A stretch of 64,000 nt of DNA from the human T2T-CHM13v2.0 reference genome, Homo sapiens. The stretch lies in the NCBI RefSeq assembly GCF_009914755.1, contig NC_060947.1; one strand, written 5' to 3'. Positions 1 through 18,855 of this stretch are shown here, in pieces (position 1 is the stretch's first letter; the number at the start of each line of letters is the position of its first letter). The notes under the pieces were generated by a model, which worked only from the letters and a program-made list of their open reading frames with translations, made no database searches and had not been told where the DNA came from. Position numbers and translations under genes: made by a program.

Positions 1-540
1 CACAGCCTCTGGAAGGGGAGAATCCTGACACAGTGGGTTCGGGGTACAAGTTGAGTCAGAGTCTCACTCAGCCCAGGGCCCAGGAACAATCAATATATGC
101 ACATTAAAACACTCTTAAAGTACTTTCCTTGTGCAATTAAAAATAATAAAAGGAATGGAAAAGATACACATGCCCAGCACTTATAACACAAAATCAGGTC
201 AGGTTCTAAATGGGATGCATCCCTAAACCAACCAAGGGATTTGTGTAGTAGTGTGGACACATGAAAACTAAATTCCAGAAATCACTGCCTTTTTGCACCA
301 AGATTTTCCAGATTAGGTTCCAGATGTACAAGTATAACAATGTAATGAGTAATAGTGTAAATGAAAGATGGAAAACTAAGCATGGACAAATGGAAAGATG
401 TTTCATGTTCATTACTTGGGGCTAGATGGCACCTGGGAAACTCTAAGACTTTGGACACTTTAGATTTAAAAAGTGACAGCAAATATTATCTGCAGATTCT
501 GTTAGTGCTCCCTGCAGCATATAAACTGAGAAAATGGGTA

Positions 541-973
541 TGTGGAGGCTAAAGTTACTCTATCTTGGATGCTAATCTGCCATATTTACTTCTGATTAAC
601 CTCAGTTCCAGGAAAGCCTCTAAAATTTTCCAGTTTATCTATTGTTCCTTGTGTAAGAGTACATATTTACCATAATTCTTGCCCTTAGGTCAAAACAATC
701 TTGATGTTATTGTACTTCAATTTTCCTACACATTTCTTCTTAATCATGTATACCCTTTCCTTATGATATGTAAGCCCTGGATTTGGAGGGTAATTAGGTG
801 GGAATCCACCATCTTGTCTCACCACTGTCTGAGGCACAGACATAGCTTCTGTTTGTTAGTCCCTATTACATGTTTCTTTCTAAGAAACTGGATTTATCAG
901 CCTCTTTCTTTGGCCTCTCAGCTTCCTTGGACTTTGGGGGGTAGGTTTTCCTAGACCTGTCCACCACAGAACA
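541..973 (+). mobile_element. Solo ERV1 LTR, MER83-like
   Basis: Begins TGTGGAGGCTAAAG..TCTTGGATGCTAATC and ends ...CCACCACAGAACA (TG...CA). Confidence 0.6.
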
Positions 974-1194
974 CGGTGTGCCTGTTTGAGCAAGTCTGAA
1001 AGAAGATACACATAACAAGGAGGCATATATGGCAGGTCCCACTGATGAGATGTGAACATGTGTTTGTTCTCATAATTATTTTTTCCTTCTTTTCCATGAA
1101 GTAGGCATCTATAGATAAAATCATGCAACAAAAGAATATCATATTTTACTTTAGGAGGAACTATAAAGAAAAGTCTCAAAAATTTAAAAAAAAA

Positions 1195-5860
<4,666 letters not shown>

Positions 5861-5928
5861 TTTAATAATATTATCACTACTTGGTGTTACATTTCCAGAT
5901 ATTCTCTCTGGTAATCATGCTATTATGC

Positions 5929-6257
<329 letters not shown>

Positions 6258-6624
6258 TACTATGTTAATGTCAGTAGCATTACAATGACAGAATGAAGGC
6301 AAGTGGGAATGGACAACTAAAATTTGTTTAAGGCCTACTAGATGCTACACATGTGGTAGGTTGTAATTTTCAGACTTTCACTCTTCAAATCATCAGAGCA
6401 ATGCTCTGAGGTTGGCATCCTTTTTACCTATGGGGAGATAGGCTCAGAGAGCAAAATACATGCTCCAGGAATTCTAGGAAGGCATCAAATGGACTGAGGT
6501 CAACTTGAGGGGCTTCCACTGGCCAATTCTGGAATAATTTGAGCATCAAATAAATATTTATAATAACAAATGTTATATCTTTGAGCAAAACAGGAATCTA
6601 TGAATCACAGTAATATAAATAAAT

Positions 6625-6948
<324 letters not shown>

Positions 6949-7565
6949 TCAAATGTCAATTAATAAATCTAAACAAAGTGACAGAATTATAAAAGCAACC
7001 CTGACAACTATCACAGTAGTAAATGATTCAAGCAAGAATCGTAAATAGATTTTCATTCTGCACCAAATCCCATAGCAATCACTGAGTCACCATGGTAACC
7101 ATGCTGGCCAGGGAAAGCTGGGAGGAAAAAACAAAACAAAACAAAAAACCAACCACCTCCTCGATCTTATTCCTAACATGTGCTAAGAACTGAATAGGAC
7201 TGACATGATGCACAGTAATTAACCTCAATTTTTTCTCACAATAAACATTCCCGGCAGCTTCAGCAATATACACCTTCATACATACCTAGATACCCACATA
7301 CATACATGCTCTCTCCCTCTTTTTCTCATCACCCAAGTATCCAAGAATTCATCAAGGTAGATTTGTTTGGGAGTATAAAAAGAAAACTCCACAATTAAAA
7401 TCTACCCACACACAAAGTCAAGAGCTACAAAACTATTTTATTTTAGTAATTCATTTTTCTGGAGATGATCTTTAGAAAAATGTCTCAGTGACATTTTCTC
7501 CCTGGTTTCAGTATATTACCAATGACTTATAAAAGCTGATAGTGGAAACACTGGCAAATGTATGC

Positions 7566-8065
7566 TGTGATGACTAATTTTATGTGTCAACTTGGCTGGG
7601 TCATAATGCCCAGATATTTGGTCAAACGTTATTTTGGATGTTTCTGTGAGGGTGTTTTTGGATGAAATTTACATTTAAATTGGCAGACTAAGTAAAGCAG
7701 ATTGCCCTCCCCAGTGTGGGTGGGCCTCATCCAGTCAGCTGGAGTCCTAAATAGAATAAAAAGCTGATATCCTCCAAAGAAGAGGGAATTCTGCCAGCTC
7801 ACTCTTCAGATTTCATCTGTAATATTGGCTCTTCCTGGTTTATCAGTACACCGCCTTTGGACTTTAACTTCAACTCTTTCCTGAGTCTGAAGCCTGCTGG
7901 ACTCCCCCATCAAATTTTGGACTCACCAAGCGTCCAAAATCACATACACCAGTTCCTTAAAATAAATATCTTTATATGTATATATATAAAGATACATATA
8001 TAAAGATATATGGATATATAGATATCTTATTGGTTCTATTTCTCTGGAGAACCTTGACTAATACA
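7566..8065 (+). mobile_element. MLT2 (ERVL) solo LTR
   Basis: TGTGATG..TAATTTTATGTGTCAACTTG start, GAGAACCTTGACTAATACA end, internal (TA)-rich tract. Confidence 0.8.
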
Positions 8066-8213
8066 GACATTAAGTATTAAGCATCTTTTCTATCCTAGAG
8101 TAGCCTGTGCTTTCAACCAAAAAGGTTCCCCAGCAGCTAGTATTAAACACTCAGCTTCTGACAATTCAGTAAAAATATAATACATTGAAATTGCAATTGA
8201 AAATACTACCATT

Positions 8214-8492
8214 AGGCCAGGCATGGTGGCTCATGCCTATAATACCGGCACTTTGGGAGGCCAAGGTGGGAGGATTGCTTGGGACCAGGAGTTTGGGACC
8301 CACCTGGACAACAAAGCAAGACCCTACCTCTATTAAAAAAATTTTTTTTAATTTTTTAATTAGCCAGGCATGGTGGCATGCACTTGTGGTCCCACCTGCT
8401 CGGTAGGCTGAGATGGGTGGATCACTTGAGCCCAGAAGCCCAAAGCTATAGTGAGCTGTGATCATACCACTGCACTCTAGCCTAAAAAAAGA
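8214..8492 (+). mobile_element. AluJ-like
   Basis: Alu with GGAGGATTGCTT J-type features; AATACTACCATT/AATACTGCCATT flanks. Confidence 0.88.
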
Positions 8493-9296
8493 AATACTGC
8501 CATTTATAATAGCATCAAAAAGTGTAAAATACCTGAGGATAATCTGTCCACATGTGTGCAAGGCCTGTACATTGAACACCACAAAACATTGAGGAGAGAA
8601 GTTAAAGAAGACCTAAATAAATGGAGAGAAATGCCATCATCATGAGTCAGAACACTCAGTATTGTTAAGATATCTACTCTCCTCAAACTGATGTATAGAT
8701 TCTATGCAACTCCAATAGAAATGTTAGCATATATTTTTAAGAAGAAATCAATAAACTTATTCCAGAAATCATGTGGAAATGCAAATGACCCTAAACTATG
8801 AAAAACAACATTGTAAAAGAACAAAGTTGGAGGAAAAACACTACCTAATTTAAGCTTCATTATAAACTTACATTAACCAAAACAGTGCACTATTGCCTTC
8901 AAGGAAGAAATGTATATCAAAGGAACAAAGTATAGAGTCCAGAAATAGACCCACAAATATAAGGACAACTGATTTTTGACAACAATGCAAAGACAATTCA
9001 GTGCAGAAAGATCATCCTTTCAACAACTTGTGCTGGAACAGGTAGATAACAAAAATAAGCTTTTATCTATACACCACATCATAAAAAACTCAAAGTGGAT
9101 CATAAAAGAAGATTTAAATTTAAAAGCTAGAACTATAAATTTTCAAGAAGAAAACACAAGAGAAAATTGTTGCAGTCTTGGCTTCAGAGAAGATTTCTTA
9201 GATATGACACAAACAGCAACATCCAAAGCATAACAAATTTGGAACTATTCATATATACAACAATATGGATAAATCTAAAAATAATTAGGTCAAATA

Positions 9297-10017
9297 TGTA
9301 AAATAACATGAAATTTCAGGATTCCCAAATTCATCATGCCAAGGGAAAAGTTAAGCCTGGGAAATGAATTGTGCAACATTACCAACCTTTGTCCCCAGAT
9401 AACTGTAATTTCACAACCCTGTGTCATAGCGTAATACATAATCCAGATTCCCACAACAGTAAAAGGCATTATACCTTCCCAGATGACCTTCCTCAAATAT
9501 TGCTCACAAGGAAATTCCTTGCTAGCCCCTAAATCTTTCAGGATACATATCCCCCTATAAAACCAGCACATGCCAATTGTAACCTTAAGTCTGCAACCTA
9601 AGTTTAACTCCTAAAACTGAGTTTTGTTAAATCTTACACTGACAGTGTCAGTTACAAGCTTATCTTTCCAGAACAAAGACAAGATCAATCACTCTTCCAC
9701 CTACCCTGAAACGAATACATAATTGACTCTTTCCTCTCTCTTTTCAAATCTTATCTTATGTAAAACTCAGATTTACTGACCGCTAATTAGAGCCTCACAA
9801 GAATGTAACCATTTGCCTCACTGCCTACCCTCTCTCCCTTTTTCCCTCTTGCTTGCTCTCTGCCCTTAAATACTGAGTTCCCAAACCCCTCTTTGTAAAG
9901 CACAAGTCAGAGATGCTCCTGTGACTTGCAGTTTTCCCAGGCATGTCCTCAAACTTTGGCTCAATAAACCTCTAGTGATTGAGACACTTGCCTCAGTCAC
10001 TTTTTTTGGGGTTAACA
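9297..10017 (+). mobile_element. MER4-group ERV1 solo LTR
   Basis: TG start, GCCAAGGGAAAAGTTAAGCCTGGGAA motif, AATAAA near 9963, ends GGTTAACA. Confidence 0.65.
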
Positions 10018-11259
10018 AATGAATTAGGTCAGACAAAGGAGAATAAGCATCCTATGATTCCATTTACTTAAAAGGGCAAGAAACAAAAACTAATCTATGG
10101 TAAGAGGAGACCAGTGATTGTCCGGGAATGGGACAGGTTGGCATGGAGAGGGAAGCTAGAGACAGATGGAGAGGATTACAAAGGTGCATAAGGAAGCTTT
10201 TTGAGGTGATGAATATGTTCATTATCTTGACTATAATATTGGATTCACCAGAGAGAGCATACATATGTTAAAACTTATTAAACTATATATTTTAAACATG
10301 TACGGTATATCGTATGTCAACATGGCTCAAAGAAAGTATTTGAAATACATTTGTATAAGTTTTTGATGCAATTAAATCATCCAAAAGATTCCAACTACTA
10401 CACTCTTGTTATATTACCAGATCATTACTATGTCTGATCAAATTGTTCTGCACTACATACAACCATAATAATCACTTGCAGTGTTTAAATATTTTTGGAA
10501 AAGTGGATGTTCATTTCTTTTTGAAGTACAAAAATAAAAATATTACATTCTAAGAAAATAATGATGATGATACTTAAGAGTAACTGTTTACTTTAGGGAA
10601 CATGGCTTAGTATCATTATAATAGAGCGAATTCTAGGGTAATTCTTATTTCTGAAACTATTAAGGTATAGTAACTGACATTTTAACTAACACTTGCAAAA
10701 TTTCTGGCTTAAAAAATCATTATAGGATGGAAAAATACCATGGTCACCAGGAGATAATTTATATAATTTATATTACAATCTCAAAATGCTAGAAAGACCT
10801 AACGACTGCATATTTCCATATCCATTTGAGAGATACATAGGAATCACTGATGATTATTTATATAGGCAGAAAAATATATGTAAATCTATAGCAAATGCAT
10901 GTTAAACATCCAGTTGCTTCCCCAAATGAACTATTCATTGCTTTGTGACAATGAAAGGCATCTTTAACATGGGCCTCAGAAGCTACCACAAAGCACATAG
11001 CTGCTGATGGAAGGAAATTCCACCTGCTAAACCTCTTCTCCAATGATGAGATCAAAGGAATTTCTCTGCTTGTAGGCTATTTTATAAACCTCACAGAGCT
11101 ATTCCACAACATGCTTCTGTCCAGATCTATGAGCTCACTTGAGCCAGGTGTCATATCCCACCAGGGATGGAAGTGTTGGGGGTCTCCTTAGTACTGCTGC
11201 CCTTCAAATCTGGAGTAGAAGCTTCAGCAGCCATCACGACCCTGATCCTCAAAACCTAC

Positions 11260-11950
11260 CTTCTTCAGACACCTGATATGAGCTCAATCACCTGATGAAG
11301 AGCTGCACAGGGACAGAGAGAAGCCAGCAATCACTGTGCTTTCTTGGAGTAACTATGTGCCAGGCATTAAGCTAGGCACTGAGTCAGTGACCAGTGACAA
11401 TAATACAACTGGGTAGTGATCATAACAACCAGAGATACAATGGGATTCTCACCAGGGCCTTTTTCTTCTCCTTTTCCCATCTGTCTCCCAATAACAAATT
11501 TGAAAAGGAATAAGAGGCCTGAATTCATACAGACATTCACCATCCTGCAATAACCACAGGGCTACCTACCGGCTTGCACCTGTATCACTGAAGCTTCCAG
11601 CAATCCTGTGGGTGAGCATTTTTATCCCCATTTCACAGAGGAAGACGCTAGGCTCAGAGAGAGTGTTTACCTGTCTCATTTTTTGGCACCTTGCCTTTAC
11701 TTGGAAAGTAGCTCCGGGACACCCCTGGAGCAGGACACCACATTCACTGGGGCCAAGGGAGTCCTACTTCTCCCTGCCTCATCAGACAGCGAGGGCAACT
11801 TGTCCCAAAGCGGGAACAAGGCAACTTGGATATGGGATCTCTTCCTCTCTCTACATCGCAGAGCACCCGCAGCCACAGTTGAGTCTAAACACCTGAAGAC
11901 GAAACCCTGCTCTCCTCACCAGGCCAAGTCGGTCTCCATTAAAAAGTCGT
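11260..11950 (-). ncRNA. Putative first two exons of a - strand non-coding transcript
   Basis: Donor CAG|GTAAAC (GT at 11670-11669). Acceptor cttctctctgtccctgtgcAG| before 11302 and donor AAG|GTAGGT after 11260 define a 43-nt exon. No long ORF. TSS inferred from the promoter. Confidence 0.4.
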
Positions 11951-12080
11951 CATGGTTGTCACAGTCGCCAAAATGACGTCAGGTTACTATGGTAACCGCG
12001 ATGCGCAGGCTTGTCCTCCACACCGAAAATGCTTCTGCACGACCCTCCCCTTCAAGCCTTCGCCTTTCCCTGGAAGCGAA
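11860..12080. promoter_or_regulatory. Small CpG-retaining promoter/enhancer with CRE and RFX X-box
   Basis: TGACGTCA at 11974-11981 is 1 nt from GTTACTATGGTAAC at 11983-11996, followed by an NRF1-like GCGATGCGCAGGC. Local CpG cluster in otherwise CpG-poor DNA. Confidence 0.65.
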
Positions 12081-12505
12081 ACACCTTCATTCTTCAAGCC
12101 ACCACCTGAGAAAATTTAATAGTAATAATTAGAGGAACTAGGCTGGGACCCAAGCAATTGGAGGAATTTTACAGGTTGTGGAAACAAAGCACGTCTCTGT
12201 TGTCAGGAATTTTACTTGCTTACAAGTGACAGTAGAGGAGTATCATCAGTACACAGAGACCCAGGGAGCCATTCTAAGGCTCTCGGTGATGAGATGGCCC
12301 TCTGAGGGGGAACAGGTACAACTCACAGATCATGCTAAGCAGACATCTGTGGCAGAAAACTAAGAGACTGCCTATAATCATGTGACTGAATGACCTAGAG
12401 ACACCAAAATATGTCATTTAAGAAATCTCAGAGTTATTTCAAGGAATCAGGACAAGAATATTATACTTACTTAGTAGGCAGAAACTTATTCAATTGAATC
12501 ATATA

Positions 12506-12660
12506 CAGATGCTCTTCAACTTAGGATGGGGCTATATCCTGACAATCCTATCTTTAGGTTGAAAATATCATAATTCAAAAATGCATTTAATACATCACTA
12601 AACCTATTATAAAGTGGAAAAACCGTAAGTTGAACCACCATAAGTCAGGGACCGTTGGTA
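12506..12660. mobile_element. MER47-like Tigger MITE
   Basis: TA-CAGATGCTCTTCAACTTAGGATGGGG start with a degenerate complementary end (CATAAGTCAGGGACCGTTG). Confidence 0.6.
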
Positions 12661-12859
12661 TTGAGTTACCCTGGGAGATTCTTACCCTCCATTTCTGATA
12701 TTTTCATCCATGTGGTGGGGCATCCATGACAAAAGCAATTCCATCCTCTCTGCACACTCACTCCTTCTCTATCACAGGAATCAGCTACTTGATTAGCAAG
12801 TTGAGAAGGAGAACCACGGGTTGCACAGCCAAGGCCCTTTCCCTTTAAAACTCTTGGTA

Positions 12860-13105
12860 CGAAAGAAATAAGTTCTAATGTTTTATAGCAGAGAAGGGTG
12901 ACTATAGTTAACAACAATGTATTACATATTTCAAAATAGCTAGAAGAAAGGACTTGAAATGTTCCCAACATATAGATATGATAAATACTCGAGGTGATGG
13001 ATACCCTAAATACCCTGACTTGATCATTACATATTCTATGCATGTAACAAAATATCACATGTACCCCATAAACATGTACAATATTATGTATTAACTTTTT
13101 GAAAA
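12860..13105 (+). mobile_element. L1MA 3' end fragment
   Basis: GAAATAAGTTCTAATGTTT..GGTGACTATAGTTAACAAC..CCCTGACTTGATCATTAC. Confidence 0.8.
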
Positions 13106-14247
13106 TGTGTTCTGCTCTGCCCTCAGGAGTGGGTCTTCCAATAGGCTCAAATCTCTCCTTCCATTTTCTGGGTCTCACTGGCTTCCCAACTGTTTCTATG
13201 ATCTTGCTCCAAAATGCTCGGGTCTTTAAGCGGCCTCCAAAATAACTGCCACTCCAAGTTTGAGCTCTAAACCAACTAAGAGTTATGGCAAAAGCATAAG
13301 GAGAATAGTACATCAACTTTATTCCCTGTAAAGGTGAGATTGGAGAATGTGTCTTAGATGTGCTGGCATGTGGGCTTCCTATTAATGAGCTACAGAATTG
13401 GACAGACTTATCTACCCAGCAGGGCTATGCTGAGACAGCCACAAACGTCAAGAACTAAAATGCATATTCCATCTGCTATCTGCTGAAGGAGTCCTGCCTT
13501 TGTGTGCCCAAGGAAAGTGACTTCCTTGCTAAAGGCTATCTCTATAGGAGGAGAAAATATTCCAGGACACCTTCTTTGAGGAACATTTCTCAAAGTGAAT
13601 AAACACCTCTCTGTTCTGATTGTATACTCACCAAGCAAACTTCTGAGGATATGGTTTTCCATATGGCCTGCAGAGCCATTTATGACAACACTTTCTTACT
13701 CCCTTAACAAGCATGATTACAGTGGAGGCTCACCTTATGGAAAAGGATTGGAATTGATTTCTAAATTCCAAGAGTAGAATGAAAATCATACATCAGAAAA
13801 ATTTATCTTGGAAATCTCTTCAAGAAGGAATTGATGGAATGTTCAGAAGTTTATACTCACACATTAACCCACAGACAGACTATATCTAAAATTATAACAA
13901 AGTCCTACCAAGGCTTCTAGAATAAGGGAATACCTGTATTACCCAATGATAGAAAAAGTACACTCAAATGGCATGTTTTGAATATCCATTTCTGCTTAAC
14001 CAAACACCCCAAAACAATAGCTACTTATCTCTCAGGATTCTGTGTGTTCACTGAGCTCTGCTGGTTGTTTTTTGCTCCATGTGGTGTCTGTCACCTGGGC
14101 TGTGGTCATGGAGGCTACACTTGGCTGGGATATCTGAGAGTGCTGACTCACATGAATGACAACTGGCGCAGGTGTGTGCTGGGAGCTCAGTGGTGGCTGT
14201 TGACTGTAGCCCTTTGGTTCTACTTCACAGAGTCCTCCATGTGTATG

Positions 14248-14405
14248 GTTGCCAGATTCAATTTATTCTAAGCCAGTTAAATTTGAATTTCAGATGAACA
14301 ACAAATAATTTTTAGTCTGATGCAATATTGTTTTGTTTATCTGAAATTCAAATACAATTGGGTGTCCTGGATGTATGCTTATTTGTTAAATCTGGCAGCC
14401 CTAGG
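14248..14405. mobile_element. MER33-like hAT fragment, preceded by an MLT1-like fragment (~13975-14245)
   Basis: GGTTGCCAGAT...ATCTGGCAGCCCT inverted ends. Confidence 0.55.
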
Positions 14406-16519
14406 GGAGGAGAATGTTAATCTATAAGCTTAACGACCCTCTGGGATGACTCATGCAGTGGGGCAGATCTGGAAAAAATGAGCAGATTACATTGGCAATA
14501 AAGAAAATACCTGGTGCTGATGGTATGAAGGGGAAACAATCACATACAGTGTTGGTATCAAATGGGCATATCACTTTTCTGAGGCCCATATTATTATGGA
14601 TTAATAACTTGAATGCCTTTTGATACAGAAGTCCTGTTTCCACCAACAAGTGACATTCAACTGAGGGTTTAGAAAAGGATACCACTCGGATTCTGACCTG
14701 CAATCTAGTTAAGGAGTCCTGGCTGAGGGGGCAGTTCAGGAGCCACATGAGTTCCCTGTTCCAGGGAGGAAAGACAGATACTTATGGAGCAGAGTGTTTA
14801 GAGGATCCAGCTTTAGGTTCTTCATGTTAGTGTCTGGATTTAATCTCATGACAGCCCTGCTAGTGAGGTGTCAGTATCCTCTCTTCATGGATGTCTGTGA
14901 CTCCAAAGCATATGCTCCTAACCACAGAGCTAGATGGCAAAGAGGTTTCTCATCAGGCCTCTGCCAGAGCCAGAGATAGAACCTGGCAGCCTGAACCCCT
15001 TTATTGGCTAATTGCATAGCTTTAGCAAATATATCAGGACACGTATTGTTGAGGTGGTTAATCTCTATTCTCCCTGTGTTTATCCTCCTTGCATCAGGGA
15101 GTGCCCCTTCCCCTTGCCTAAAGAGAAGTTTATGGCAGAGATGGAAGCAGAAGCTATCTGAAATCAGTGTTTCTTCCATCCTTTATGAAAACTTAAATTT
15201 ATAGAAATGATTGGGTTGTTTTTACCTGGTAGGGAAGAGAGGACCTCTGAAGACACAGTGAGGGTAAGGAAGGGAAATTTCTTCCAGACAGGGATGAGGT
15301 TAGAGGTCTACAGTCTCCTCCAGGAGTAGGGACCTGAGCACTGCTCCATATCAACACTTGAGGTAGCTCTGTGGATGGTTTATTGAGGCTGAGCATCTGG
15401 TCATGATATATTTTCTAGTATGGACCAAGAGATGGATGGAGGAGGAATAGGGTTCCAAATTTTGTCCTAATCACAATATACCATGCGTTCTCAATATATG
15501 TGGCATTATGCCCAAGGGGCCAAAAATTAGATTTTTGGGGTAGGGTTTTCATAGATATTACAATAATCTTTGACCCTCCAAAGGACCACAGTACATAAAC
15601 ATATATACACTACATCTGTGGTATTAAAAATCTCACCTTCTGCAGTTGAGAGGGGTTGATTAGGAAAAAAATGTTTGAAAAGCCTCCTGGAGTTAGGGGG
15701 AAGTAAGAATGAAAGAACATTGACAAACACTTCACATACATAACAACCTCTTATGTAGATGATGGGCTACAGGAACTTAGGGACTGATTATTTTATACTT
15801 CCTCATGGATACGCACTCAGCAACCTCTTTTGGGGGTTGATGGTGGTGGTGGTGATGATAATGATGATGACAATATAAATGAAATCCTGCCCCTGGAGCT
15901 AAGAGGCCTGGATATGGTGATTATTTGAATTGACTGGTTGTTAAGGTGGTAGACAGAAAGTGCTCAGTCAGAAAAACTGATATTTCCTCTGAGAAAAATG
16001 ATCTTGATAGTGGAAAATTAATGTTTACAAAAGTAATATAAATAAGTGGTACTCTAAATTTTATAAATTATAAAATTTATATATATTCTTTAATCTTAAC
16101 ACTTATTCAAGTTACCTATTTAATTCTATAATTCAGATCAGGGTATAGAAAGTTAGGGCAGATTAAGTACTTCAGGGAAACTGCTTTAAATGCCTGCTCA
16201 GTAGTGGAACCTTGAATTATTCTAAAGCTTTTCCCATTGTGTCCTGAAATTGCCAGGGCTCTGAATACTCTAATCTTTCTGGGCACTGGCCTTTGATGCT
16301 GCCCAGGATACCGTTTAAATTTCTATTAATGACTTATATTGCTTTTAAATTATAATATTATTGACTATTTTTAAACAGTGAATGGCAAATTTCTCATTCT
16401 TGCTCATTTCTGCCCCAATTTGGGACTCTAAGGAATTCTAACGAGGAAGTAAATATGAAGATATAGCTGAATAGGTTTCCAAAAGCATGAGAAATGTTGG
16501 AAAACCACAGCAAAATATA

Positions 16520-17960
16520 ATATTGACTGATGGGGTTCTAAATAATTTATATATAATAGATATTTATGTATGTTTCAACATAGATATAATTTATAAGGAA
16601 ACTATAGCATAAAGCAGGGAGGGTAAGGGGACTTTTTAAGGTGAGGTTTCCACATATTAATTGAAGTGGTAAAACAATAATTCCAAATAGGCTGTAAAAA
16701 GTTAAGTAGGTAGATTGTAATTTATAGAGTAACCACAAAAATGTTATATTATACAAAGAGATATATTCAAAATCACAATAGAAAAATTAAAATGGGGTAC
16801 TAAAAAGTGTTCAAATCCAAGGAATGCAAGAAAGAGGAAACAAAGTAATGAAAATCAGACGGGGTATAAAGTAGTAGACCTAAATGGAAACATATCAATA
16901 ATTACATTAAATGTTAATGGTAAAACACATATTAGATGAGGTTATCAGAATGGATTTTTTAAAAACAACAAAAATAAAAACAGCCCAACTACACACTGTC
17001 TACAAGAAACTCACTTCAAATATAAATGATATAGATAGTTCAAAAGTAATAGAATGATTGAAGAAATACCATGCAAACATTGATCAAAAAGAAGCTGGTG
17101 CATCTATATTATCAAACAAAGTAGACTTGAAAATAAACAAAATTACTAGGAATAAAAAAGGCCAATTAAGCAAGAAGATATAACAATTCTAAGTGCATAT
17201 ATTTATATAGATATGCATATCTATATAGATATAGATATATATCATCAGAGCCTCAAAATACATGAAGCAAAAGCTGACAGAACTGAAAGAGAAATAGATA
17301 AATTATAATGGGAGGTCTTCAACACTCTTCTCTCAGTAATAGATAGAATTAGTAAACCAAAAATCAGTAAAGTTATAGATGAACTGAACAACACCATCAA
17401 CCAACTGCATCTAATTAACATTTACTGGACACTCCACCCCAAAACAGCAGAACACACACTCTTTCCAAGTGCACACGAAACACTCAGCAAGACAGACTAC
17501 ATCCTAGATCATAAAACCAACTTTAACAAATTGAAACTGAATAGAATGTGTTATCTCACAATAGTGAATAAAACTAGAAATCAACAACAAAAGACAACAG
17601 AAAAGTCTCCAAGAACTTGGAAATTAAACACATATCTAGTTAATTTATGAGTCAATGAGGAAGCCTCAAGGGAAATAAAAAATACATAGAACAGAATTAA
17701 AATGAAAATGCAAAATGAAAACCTACAGCTATCAAAATTGGAGGGTCAGAAAACAAATAGTTCATTGCCAGGGTTGGGGTGTGGAGAACAGGCTGATTGC
17801 AAAGGGGCACAGGATGCCCCTTTTTGGAGTGATGCAACTGTTGTATGGCTTGATTTTGGTAATACTTACACAACTGTATGCACTTTTCAAGACTTGAAGA
17901 ACTGTACATTAGAGTGAATTTTACTTTACCTAAATAATAGCTTAATGAAAATGATTTTTT
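16520..17960 (+). mobile_element. Old L1MC/MD fragment (endonuclease region plus 3' end)
   Basis: CTGTCTACAAGAAACTCACTTCAAATATAA.. and AAAACAGCAGAACACACACTCTTT match the L1 EN region. Confidence 0.75.
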
Positions 17961-18578
17961 AAAGTGTGCACCTTGTTATGTGAAGAACACAACTAGCACA
18001 TCAGTGTTATTCTGTGATTGCAGTTTGGTATCTTAAAAATAAATAAATCAGTGTAGCAGTGGTTACCTTTAGAGAGTAAGATGGGGGAATGTTGGTCAGG
18101 AAACAGAATTTCACTTTGTCTAGCTATGGGGACATTTTCAGCCACATGTAAATTATTTATAATCTATTACAAACCAGTATCTATGGAAGATATTCTGATA
18201 AGCAGTAAGGGTACAGAGGAGAATAAAAGTGATTTTCATATACACTTAAAACACCCTTGTCTCTTTGTTCCATTAAAATTAATTTAGGAATGATAAGTAG
18301 TTCCATATGATTTATGATGTAAAAACACAAAAATTATGTTCAGTAGGATACAGCTAAAAGTTTAAATAAATGTGATCTATGCTCCTTCTGAATTATAATT
18401 CATTAAGGGAAATGGTTATGCTCTGGTGAATAATAATATCTTTTAAACAATATCAGAATGATCAAGAATTGTGGCTGGATATGATTATAATAGGGAAAAT
18501 ATAATGGAAGAATATGGGCCTTTTGTCACAAACAGAAGAATTTCTAGGTGTTTCAGCTTTTTAAAATCCTATACGAGG

Positions 18579-18855
18579 GGCCAGGTGTGGTGGCTTCAAG
18601 CCTGTAATCCCAGCACTTGGGGAGGCCAGGGTGGGAGAATGACTTTAGCCCAGGAGTTCAAGACCAGCCAGGGCAACATAGTAAGACCTTGTCTCTACAA
18701 AAAATAAAAAGGAAATTAGCTGGGCATGGTGGCATGCACTTGTGGTCCCAGCTACACAGGAGGCTGAGGTGGGAGGATTGCTCAAGTCTAGGAGCTGGAG
18801 CTTTGATCGTCGCTGCATTCCAGCCTGGGGGACAGAGTGAGACCCTGTCTCAAAA
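18579..18855 (+). mobile_element. AluJ-like
   Basis: Diverged Alu dimer. Confidence 0.88.

Larger units (their letters stand above)
8170..10350 (+). mobile_element. Old L1M ORF2/3' fragments interrupted by an Alu and an LTR
   Basis: ORF2-like sequence at 8500-9230 and L1 3'UTR-like sequence at 10020-10350. Confidence 0.7.

Noticed and set aside
12666-13316. 216-aa minus-strand ORF
   Set aside because: The middle third is antisense L1MA 3'UTR; no coding signature.
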